Notes under the pieces: generated by a model
Databases searched by the model: none
The model's input: only the letters and a program-made list of their open reading frames with translations
What the model was told of the DNA's origin: nothing
In this document: in pieces, positions 1-7,206 of the stretch
Layout of the letters: each line of letters begins with the position of its first letter
How positions within the stretch are numbered: the first letter of the stretch is position 1
Translations under genes and position numbers: made by a program
Assembly (NCBI GenBank): GCA_021816865.1
Contig: JAKAWX010000001.1
Span: forward strand, 40,794 to 104,793
Length of the DNA: 64,000 bases
Direction: 5' to 3'
DNA from: Thermoplasmata archaeon
GTDB lineage: Archaea; Thermoplasmatota; Thermoplasmata; Lutacidiplasmatales; UBA184

Positions 1-241
1 CGTTCCGAAGGCGCTCCAGTTCATCCCAGGGTAGCAGCGGGTTCGCGGTTCGGAACGGTCGCCCCAACTTGGTGGCGGTCTCCGTGAAGTGCAGAATCCG
101 AAGCTCCACCGCATCTCGGATCTCGGGCGTCCGGATGTCGAAGAAGACCGCTTTTCCCCGGCTGGCGTACCGCGCGGCCGCCGTCGCCTCCCGGAGCATT
201 CGATCGACCAGGGCCCTGGCCCGTGCTTCGGCCTCCTTCAT
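1..241 (-). CDS. HepT/DUF86 (HEPN) RNase toxin, 3' end runs off the window
   Basis: Not in the ORF track. Manual translation gives MKEAEARARALVDRMLREA...DAVELRILHFTE...NPLLPWDELERLRN, matching the DUF86 'PW..(I)...RN' pattern. ATG overlaps the MNT stop (ATGA at 238-241). Confidence 0.8.
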   Translation of the reverse strand, partial: MKEAEARARALVDRMLREATAAARYASRGKAVFFDIRTPEIRDAVELRILHFTETATKLGRPFRTANPLLPWDELERLRN

Positions 242-675
242 AACGGGACGGCCTCGGTGAGGACCTGGGGCCGGATCGACCACGGAAGGGCGGCCTCCTC
301 CACCACGTCGACCGAACGTCCGAGGAGCCGGCTCAATTCGACTTCGAGTCGGGCAACGTCGAGTACGGATGCCCCCGGAAGGTCGTCTACGAGGAGGTCG
401 ATATCACTCCGCCGGGTGGCCGTCCGCCGTCGCACCGAGCCGAACAGTCGGACACGTTTCGCCCCGTACTTCCGAGCCAAGGCGAGCACTGCCCCTCGAT
501 GGGGCCCCAGGATTTCGTCCGGCCCGAGCCGACCTTCGGACCGAACCTCTCGAATCGTGGGTCGGTCCCACAGTCTGGACTTGCATCGTGGGCACATACG
601 AACCGGGACACGCCGTGGCGTCCAAGTATACACGCACCGATGGCAATGTAGCTCGGGCAAGGTCGCGACGGCCAT
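238..675 (-). CDS. Minimal nucleotidyltransferase (MNT/MntA) antitoxin with N-terminal C4 zinc ribbon
   Basis: LFGSVRR...SDIDLLVD nucleotidyltransferase motif and GRSVDVV; N-terminal CHRC...CPRC. Confidence 0.88.
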   Translation of the reverse strand: MAVATLPELHCHRCVYTWTPRRVPVRMCPRCKSRLWDRPTIREVRSEGRLGPDEILGPHRGAVLALARKYGAKRVRLFGSVRRRTATRRSDIDLLVDDLPGASVLDVARLEVELSRLLGRSVDVVEEAALPWSIRPQVLTEAVPL

Positions 676-711
676 GGTGGCCTACCGTAGGTGGTTCAAC
701 GGATATCAGGG

Positions 712-1500
712 TTACTCATGAGGAAGGTTGTACGGGGTAATCTCCTCGGACTTAGGGGCAGATCTGCCGCCTTGCAACTGGCGCGCGCACGGCCGTGAAG
801 TGCCTCCGAGACCGAAGATGACTCTCTTCCTCCGTGTGGCGGTACGGCCGGAAGTGTTGCTCGCGAGGTCGCCGTTGGGAGATCCTCCACCGAACGCGTT
901 CGGTGGCTTCCTCGGTGGGAGTGGAGCTATTCCGGAACGGAGGGGGACCCTATCAGGGGCTCGCCAACCCCCCGACAAGTTCGGGGGGGGCGGCCCTCGC
1001 CGTCATTGTCGAGAGCGTCGCCGCCCCGCCCGATCGCCGCTTCGACCTAGGAGGCGCCTCCAGACTCCAGCCGGCGGGACCAAGGAGCGCTCGTGCGGCG
1101 GGGAGCGACCCCTGGGGTGCTCGTCCACGAGGCGGCTACGCCGGCCGGCTGGTCGGCGGGTGCCGGCTCGGAACCGGCCCCGAACTTCCCCGCGTCGACG
1201 CCGGCCCGAGGTATCGACCGCTCGGGCTTCCGCCGACCCACGGGCCGCTCGGGAGGATCCCCGCCTTCTTGGTCGATCGGGTTCGAGGTTGGGAACGCCC
1301 GCCCGGGTACGCACTGCACGCCGTGCTCGAGGCGAGGGGACGGGCCAGTGGGGGATCGTCGAGGCCGGCCCGCTCGCAAACCTCCGCGCGGAGGCGATCG
1401 GGTCCGGGACGATCTCGAGGTTCGGACGAAAGAGGTTCCCCGCCGTCGCACCGCTCGGGCCCGGCCCGCGACGGATGCGGCGCCCGCTCGTCGACCGCTC
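712..1500 (+). mobile_element. Probable IS110-family remnant: structured non-coding left end (~712-950) plus decayed, frameshifted transposase fragments
   Basis: Palindromes at 757-768 and 887-906 and CGGCCGT/ACGGCCG pairing. Fragments in different frames (YQGLAN, VHEAATPAG, RIP...DRV, ALHA) echo IS110 motifs GLDVH, YEAGPTG, IP..GDRVKTD, DA..LA in the correct order. Resemblance is from memory only. Confidence 0.4.
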
Positions 1501-1557
1501 GCACGGTCCCATCCCGACGGGCTCGCACGGCGTCCGAGCGGACTCCCGCTCTCTAGC

Positions 1558-1956
1558 CTACGGGTCGGAGGGGACCCGGGCCGCGGTCTCGACGAGCTCC
1601 TTCGCGGCCCGCGTGAACCGCATCGCCTTCGCGAGGTTCCCCTTGATGCGGAACGTTCCATCGAGGATCGCCTTCACGGGGTCGACCTCCCGGCGCATGA
1701 GGCGCGCCCAGTTCTCCGGCGAACCCTCATAGACGAACTCGCTCGCGACCTCGCGCGCGTCGGGATGGTAGGCCGCCGCCGAGCATTCTCCGTGGGCGAG
1801 CGTGAGATGGACCCCCGGTGCCGGTGCGTTCGCGTCGTCCGGTCGGACGAGGAGCAAGATGTCGCCGACCCACGCCTTCGCCGCCTCGCGGTAGGCCGGG
1901 CTCTCGTTCAGCGCGTGCCGGTACGCCTCCGCCCATTCGGCCGACGGGAACTGCAT
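1558..1956 (-). CDS. SCP2 sterol/lipid-binding domain protein
   Basis: MQFPSAEW...DPVKAILDGTFRIKGNLAKAM, a typical SCP2 C-terminal pattern. ATG at 1956 chosen as start. Confidence 0.85.
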   Translation of the reverse strand: MQFPSAEWAEAYRHALNESPAYREAAKAWVGDILLLVRPDDANAPAPGVHLTLAHGECSAAAYHPDAREVASEFVYEGSPENWARLMRREVDPVKAILDGTFRIKGNLAKAMRFTRAAKELVETAARVPSDP

Positions 1957-2040
1957 CGGGTGCCCGACCGCGTCCTCCGCCAAAAGGCTAACCGGCCCGG
2001 GCCCGGGACGACCGCCGGGGGTCGGCCGAGGGCTCGCGCG

Positions 2041-3006
2041 TCAGGTCGGGTACTCGTAGAACCCGCGGCCGGTCTTCCGGCCGAGGTGCCCGGCGTCGAC
2101 CAGCCGACGGAGGAGGGGCGAGGGACGGTACTTCGGGTCGCCGAACCCCCGGAAGAGCGTCTCGGCGACCTCGAGGGAGACGTCGAGCCCGATCATGTCG
2201 GCGAGCTCGAACGGGCCCATCGGCATCCCCGCGCCGGTCTTCATCGCGAGATCGATGTCCCGGGACGAAGCCAGGTTCTCGTCGAGCGCGAAGCACGCCT
2301 CGTTGAGGACGGGGATGAGCAGCCGGTTGACGACGAACGCCGGGGCTTCGCGGACCCGGATCGGTACGAGCGGGTAGCGGTGGTTGCGCAGGCCCTGGAG
2401 GAAATCGATGGTGTCCGTGACCACGTCCTCGCGCGTATCGACGCCGCCCGCCACCTCGACGAGCGGGAGAGTGTAGGGAGGGTTGAAGAAGTGCGTTACG
2501 AGGGTCTCACGGACGTGCTTCAAGCCGCGCGCGAGCCGGGTGATCGAGAGCGACGAGGTGTTCGACCCCACGACCGCGTGGTCCGGCAGGACCCGGTCGA
2601 GCGCCTCGAGGACGGGCCGCTTCACCTCGTCGCGCTCGAAGACCGCCTCGACCACGAGGTCGACGTCCGCGAACGACGCGTAGTCGGTCGTGCCGTGGAC
2701 GCGCGCAACGACCTCGTCGCCGCGCTCGCGCGTGACCTTCGGGGCGAGGCGCGCCCGCGCCTTCGCGCGTTGCTCCTCGGAGAGCTCGCCGACGATCTCG
2801 CGGATCCGGGCGAGCTCATGGTCGGCGCGCCCCTCGTGGAAGGCGACGAGCTCGTCGACGATCCCCTTCACCCTGGCGAGGCCCTTCTCGACGAGCGGGC
2901 CGTCCACGTCCTTCAGCACGACCTCGATCCCGTTGAACGCGAGCACCTCGGCGATCGCGGCCCCCATCGTCCCCGCACCGACCACTCCGGCCTTCGCGAC
3001 CCGCAT
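2041..3006 (-). CDS. 3-hydroxyacyl-CoA (3-hydroxybutyryl-CoA) dehydrogenase
   Basis: GAGTMG Rossmann motif, [32 protein letters not shown]. Confidence 0.93.
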   Translation of the reverse strand: MRVAKAGVVGAGTMGAAIAEVLAFNGIEVVLKDVDGPLVEKGLARVKGIVDELVAFHEGRADHELARIREIVGELSEEQRAKARARLAPKVTRERGDEVVARVHGTTDYASFADVDLVVEAVFERDEVKRPVLEALDRVLPDHAVVGSNTSSLSITRLARGLKHVRETLVTHFFNPPYTLPLVEVAGGVDTREDVVTDTIDFLQGLRNHRYPLVPIRVREAPAFVVNRLLIPVLNEACFALDENLASSRDIDLAMKTGAGMPMGPFELADMIGLDVSLEVAETLFRGFGDPKYRPSPLLRRLVDAGHLGRKTGRGFYEYPT

Positions 3007-3090
3007 CGGCGTCCTCGGCCGCCGAGCACGGGCCGGATAATAACCTCGGAGGCTGCGCCTCCGCGACGGGCGCGACCGGTTCCGGATAAG

Positions 3091-3098
3091 CTTTAAGG
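3091..3098 (+). promoter_or_regulatory. TATA box for tRNA-Ser(GCT)
   Basis: CTTTAAGG ending ~26 nt upstream of the tRNA in a GC-rich background. Confidence 0.55.
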
Positions 3099-3123
3099 CG
3101 TGGCCCGGGCTCGGTCGCCCTGC

Positions 3124-3238
3124 GCGGGGATGGCCCAGCCCGGTAAGGCGCTGGATTGCTAATCCAGTGGTGGTTTCACCTCGGGGGTTCAAAGGAGGCG
3201 CCGGGAGTTCCGGTCCTCGGAGATTCCCCCTCCCCGCG
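3124..3238 (+). tRNA. tRNA-Ser(GCT) with 31-nt intron at position 59/60 (3194-3224)
   Basis: Acceptor GCGGGGA/TCCCCGC + G73; anticodon arm CTGGA-TTGCTAA-TCCAG; long variable arm; T-stem GGGGG/CCCCC interrupted after TTCAAA. Confidence 0.92.
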
Positions 3239-3571
3239 TTCGGGTCCGGGCGCATCTTCCGCTCGGGCGCGGTAGATATCGCCCTCGCGCCGCACCCGGA
3301 CGGCCGACCCGACGGCGGGGAGCTCGCCGTCCACGATCGCGAGGAGCCGGACCTCCTCCGCGACCTCGACGAGCGCGAGCCGGTGCGGGCTCTCCCAGCC
3401 GGCCGCCGGATGGACGAGCTCCGTGGAGGCGAGCACCGTGCCGCCGGCGGCCACCGCGTACGGCTCCCGCTCGGTCGACCCGCACCTTGGGCACGGCGCG
3501 TCGGAGGGGAGGAAACGGGCCTGACAGGACGCGCAGCGGGAGACATCGAGGGTCTCCGGCTCCGCCGTCAC
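3176..3571 (-). CDS. DUF35/ChsH2-type zinc-ribbon + OB-fold protein (thiolase partner)
   Basis: RCASC...[29 protein letters not shown] start overlaps the thiolase stop. Confidence 0.85.
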   Translation of the reverse strand: MTAEPETLDVSRCASCQARFLPSDAPCPRCGSTEREPYAVAAGGTVLASTELVHPAAGWESPHRLALVEVAEEVRLLAIVDGELPAVGSAVRVRREGDIYRARAEDAPGPERGEGESPRTGTPGASFEPPR

Positions 3572-4701
3572 GCGCCCTCCCGGCCGAGGATCGTCACGAA
3601 ATTGTGGGAGGCGAGCCCGCTCATCGCGTGCGCGAGACCGATCTTGGGGGCGCGGGCGACCGCGTGGCGACCGGCCTCTCCGCGGAGCTGGAGAGCGACC
3701 TCCCCGACCTCGGCGAGGCCCGACGCGGCGACCGGATGGCCGCGCCCGACGACGCCGCCGCTCGGGTTCACCGGCACGCGTCCGTCGCGTCGGACCCACC
3801 CTCGCTCGAACCACTCGGCCGCCTCGCCGGGGCCGCAGATCCCGAGGTCCTCGATGTGGAAGAGCGCGAACGGGGAGAAGGCGTCGTGCACTTCCACGAG
3901 GTCGATCTGCTTGCGGGTGAGCCGCGCCGATTCGTACGCCCGCTGGGCGGCGACCCGGGTCGCCGCGAAGGAGGTGAGGTCGGCCCGGTCGACGATCCGC
4001 AGGGCCTCGAACCCTTGGCCCAGCCCGAGCACGGTGGCGGGTCCCTGGCCGCGCTCGAGCACCAGGGCGGTCGCCCCGTCCGAGATCGGCGAGCAGTGCA
4101 GGAGGCGGAGCGGGAGCGCGACCGGCCGGCTCGTCGCCACCTCGGAGGCGCTGACGGCCTTCTGGAACTGGGCGTTCGGGTTGTCGACGGCCATCGCCCG
4201 GGCGTGGACCGACGCGAGGTCGCAGACGTCCGTCGTCCGGCGGTAGCGCTCGAGGTAGCGCTGGGTGATCAGCGCCGCGAGCGCCGGCATCGTCGCCCCG
4301 ACCGCCACTTCGCTCGCGTGCAGCGAGGCGGCGAGCTCCTTCGTGATGATCGCGGTCGAGCGGTCGGTCATCTTCTCGGCCCCCACCACGAGGGCCCGCT
4401 CGAAGCGGCCCGACTCGAGGGCGAGCACCGCCGCGTGGAACGCCATGCCGCCGGTCCCGCTCGCGGAGTCGACCCGGAACCCCGACGCCGACTCGAGGCT
4501 GAGGTGGCTCGCGAGGCGCGGCAGGAACGCTTCCGCCCCGTAGGGGCCGTGCGCGAGCATCGTTCCCCCGACGAGAAGGTCGACCGGTTTGCGGCCGATC
4601 CCCTCGAGCGCTCTCCGCGCGGCTTCCGCCGCGAGGTCGAAGAGGCCCTCCGGGCGCTTGCCGTACCGGCCCATCCCCACGGACGCGACGTGGACGCTCA
4701 C
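3568..4701 (-). CDS. Thiolase-family protein (SCP2/archaeal type) lacking the nucleophilic Cys
   Basis: NPNAQF, CSPISDGA, EVHDAF, VNPSGG, GHPVAASG. VDSASGTG stands where E.ACAS is expected. Confidence 0.88.
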   Translation of the reverse strand: MSVHVASVGMGRYGKRPEGLFDLAAEAARRALEGIGRKPVDLLVGGTMLAHGPYGAEAFLPRLASHLSLESASGFRVDSASGTGGMAFHAAVLALESGRFERALVVGAEKMTDRSTAIITKELAASLHASEVAVGATMPALAALITQRYLERYRRTTDVCDLASVHARAMAVDNPNAQFQKAVSASEVATSRPVALPLRLLHCSPISDGATALVLERGQGPATVLGLGQGFEALRIVDRADLTSFAATRVAAQRAYESARLTRKQIDLVEVHDAFSPFALFHIEDLGICGPGEAAEWFERGWVRRDGRVPVNPSGGVVGRGHPVAASGLAEVGEVALQLRGEAGRHAVARAPKIGLAHAMSGLASHNFVTILGREGA

Positions 4702-5252
4702 GCGCTCGCGCCCTCCGGCCGCTCGAGCAGGAACCGGGTCCGCGCGAGGAACTTCGAGAGCGGAACCCCTTCCTCCCAGCGGAGGATGCCGTTCCCCTCC
4801 CGGGTCGCCCCGACGGCCGGCAGGCGTCGGCAGACGAGCCCGAGCACGCCCGACGACGATCCCGAGTTCGCGACGTAGAAGCGCCAGGCCTCCTCGCCGC
4901 GCAGGCCGAGCCGTCGGTACGCGTAGAGGACCGTGAGACCGGCGCGTCCGACCGCCTTGCGGTGGGCCTCGAGCTGCAGGTTCGCGCGCCCGCTCGCGGC
5001 CGTGAACCGGATCACCGGCTCGGCCGAGGCCTTGACCTCGATCGGGAACGCGAGCTCCCGCCGGAGCGCGACCAGGTCGAGGCCCAGCGAGCCAGCCCCT
5101 CGGATCACGAGGAACGGCTCGTCGATGACCCGCTCGAACTCGGACCGTTCGGGGGGTGGCAGGGCGCGGGCGTAGGAACGGACGGCGGTGGGCTGGCCCT
5201 CGAGCAGGTAGCGGAGCTCGCGCTCATACCCGGAGAAGCTGTGGCCGACCAC
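4698..5252 (-). CDS. hjc: Holliday junction resolvase Hjc-like PD-(D/E)xK nuclease
   Basis: YERELR...RGAGSLGLDLVAL...IEVKAS. GTG start at 5252 lies ~30 nt below an AT-rich TATA element. Confidence 0.8.
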   Translation of the reverse strand: MVGHSFSGYERELRYLLEGQPTAVRSYARALPPPERSEFERVIDEPFLVIRGAGSLGLDLVALRRELAFPIEVKASAEPVIRFTAASGRANLQLEAHRKAVGRAGLTVLYAYRRLGLRGEEAWRFYVANSGSSSGVLGLVCRRLPAVGATREGNGILRWEEGVPLSKFLARTRFLLERPEGASA

Positions 5253-5282
5253 GGGTCTATCGCGCCCGGCACGCCGAAACGC

Positions 5283-5292
5283 ATAATATAAG
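5283..5292. promoter_or_regulatory. Shared divergent TATA element between hjc and the AAA+ ATPase gene
   Basis: ATAATATAAG is the only AT-rich patch in the 65-bp gap, about 26-30 nt from both GTG starts. Confidence 0.55.
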
Positions 5293-5317
5293 GCGGTCGG
5301 CGGACTCGCGAGGTTCC

Positions 5318-6772
5318 GTGGCAGCACCGGCGACCCTCGAGATCGCGCCGTCGGAGGTCCCGGTGGCCCGGACGCTCGCCGTCCTCGTCACCGACTCCGA
5401 CCGCCGACGGACGGTCCGGGGGCTCGCGACCCAGGTCGCTCGCTTCCGTCTCTCGGAGCTGCGGGGCCGGCTCCTCAAGGACCGGGTCTTCGAGGACCCG
5501 GGACGCTTGATCTCGCGGCTCAAGCGGCGGGGCCTGCTCCTCGAGATCCCGACCGGGGGCGGCGAGAAGACCTACCAGGTCCCGTACCCCGACGACCTCC
5601 GCCAGCTTCTCCTCGAGGAGACGTCCCGACCGGAAGGCCTCGAGCCGGGCCCGCTCCTTCCGATCCCCGACGAGCGCGCGGAGATCCGGTCGATGGACGG
5701 GGAGTTCCTCGACCACCTGCGCGACGTCCTGCACGATCGCCTCGAGGAGACGCTCGAGTTCGGACGGACGTTCGACGTCGAGACGCTCGCCGGCTACCTG
5801 CGCGGCCTCTTCGGCGAGGAGCTCTACTTCGACTCGCTGATCTCGCTGCTCCAGCAGTACGCCCTCGCCGACGCGCCTTTGGTCGCCCCGACGGGCCGCA
5901 CGACCGGAGCGACCGGCTTCCACCTCGCGCTCTTCGGGCCGCCGGGGACCGGCAAGACGTTCTCGATCGACGACCTCGTCCGGGGGAACCCGCGCAGCGG
6001 AGTCCCGCCGCACGGGCTCCCGGGCCGGAACCGCTACTGCGGCGGGATCACGCCTGTACAGTTCCTGCGTGTCGGGAGCGCGTACACGGGCCGGACGTTC
6101 AACTTCATCGTTCCGGAGTTCAATGACTGGTTCAAGTACCGCGGGATGGTCGAGCCGCTCAAGCTCGTGATGGAGCAGCGCGAGGTGAAGTGGGAGACGA
6201 CCCTCGGCACGGTCGGCCCCTACACGTTCCGCTCGTTCTTCTCGGTGAACTACAACGTGAGGACCGCCGGCGCCCAGGACTACTGGACGACGATCGGCGA
6301 CCCGAACTTCGCCGCGCTCGAGGACCGGATGTTGCTGCGCTTCCATCCGATGACCCGCGCCCGGTTCCGGGCCGTCGAGTCGAGCGCGGAACGCCTCGAG
6401 CTCGGCGAGATCGACTTCTCCCTCGCCGAGCGGATCCGGGACCACCTCACGCTCGTCCACGCGGTCGAGACCGGCCACCCGCTCGTCGCCGCGCGGTTCC
6501 GCGCGCGTCCCGTCCGCCTCGAGCGCACGCTTTACGAGCGCCTGCGCGAGGTTTCGGAGCGGGCGCTCAAAGTGACGAACTTCCCGAAGTTCTCTCCGCG
6601 GCTCAAGCTGCGCGCCGTGCGCCTCGCCGCGGCGGCCGCCCTGCTCCGCACGTTCGCCGAGCCGGGGCCGGGCCCCCTCACGATCGGGCCGCTCGAGGTC
6701 GAGTTCGCGCGACGGTTCTACGAGGAGGAGATCCGTGCCCGAGAAGGCCGACACGGACGCGCCGCGGCCTAG
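5318..6772 (+). CDS. MCM-like AAA+ ATPase with N-terminal putative winged-helix region
   Basis: Walker A GPPGTGKT; divergent Walker B FIVPEFND; LKLVMEQREV, SVNYN, ALEDRM (Arg finger) and SPRL (sensor II) in MCM/clade-7 order. Confidence 0.7.
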   Translation: MAAPATLEIAPSEVPVARTLAVLVTDSDRRRTVRGLATQVARFRLSELRGRLLKDRVFEDPGRLISRLKRRGLLLEIPTGGGEKTYQVPYPDDLRQLLLEETSRPEGLEPGPLLPIPDERAEIRSMDGEFLDHLRDVLHDRLEETLEFGRTFDVETLAGYLRGLFGEELYFDSLISLLQQYALADAPLVAPTGRTTGATGFHLALFGPPGTGKTFSIDDLVRGNPRSGVPPHGLPGRNRYCGGITPVQFLRVGSAYTGRTFNFIVPEFNDWFKYRGMVEPLKLVMEQREVKWETTLGTVGPYTFRSFFSVNYNVRTAGAQDYWTTIGDPNFAALEDRMLLRFHPMTRARFRAVESSAERLELGEIDFSLAERIRDHLTLVHAVETGHPLVAARFRARPVRLERTLYERLREVSERALKVTNFPKFSPRLKLRAVRLAAAAALLRTFAEPGPGPLTIGPLEVEFARRFYEEEIRAREGRHGRAAA

Positions 6773-7202
6773 GCGCGAGCGGACGGTGAAGTTCCGCCGG
6801 CCCGCGGCGGAGCTCGTCCAGCGCGCCGCCCGCCGCGTCGTCCGGGGCGGGAAAGCGACGTTCACCTCGCAGGCCGAGTTCCGGTCGGCGCTCTTGCGGT
6901 TGCTGCGCCGGGACGAGCCCCTCGCCGCGGTCGGAGGGGCCCGGCTCCGTCGCCTTTTGATCGGAGTCCCGGGCGTGCGCCTGACGGTCCGGTACACGGA
7001 ACGACCGGGCCGGGGGCCGCTCGAGCGGTGCCCCGTCTGCGCGTCGGCCCTTGCGCCGATCCGCAACCGAACGCTGACCGGGGAGACGATCGTCCTCGGC
7101 CAGCGATGCACGCGCTGCGACTACTGGAGCCACGCGGAGCGTCGGGTGCCGGTGCGCTACGTCTTCTCGAGCGCGGGGATCGACGGCGGTCCCTCGCGCT
7201 AG
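6735..7202 (+). CDS. Basic hypothetical protein with C-terminal zinc ribbon
   Basis: CPVC...CTRCDY; overlaps the end of the ATPase gene. Confidence 0.7.
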   Translation: MPEKADTDAPRPRRERTVKFRRPAAELVQRAARRVVRGGKATFTSQAEFRSALLRLLRRDEPLAAVGGARLRRLLIGVPGVRLTVRYTERPGRGPLERCPVCASALAPIRNRTLTGETIVLGQRCTRCDYWSHAERRVPVRYVFSSAGIDGGPSR

Positions 7203-7206
7203 GCGC

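Noticed and set aside
704..958. TATCAGGG direct repeat at 704-711 and 951-958 as a target-site duplication
   Set aside because: No terminal inverted repeats; the first copy coincides with the MNT promoter position; chance cannot be excluded.
712..990. RNase P or SRP RNA
   Set aside because: GAGGAAG is present, but the P4 partner and the SRP helix-8 motif could not be found.
5318..6772. Canonical replicative MCM
   Set aside because: Too short, lacks the N-terminal zinc-finger region, and lacks the IDEFDKM Walker B.
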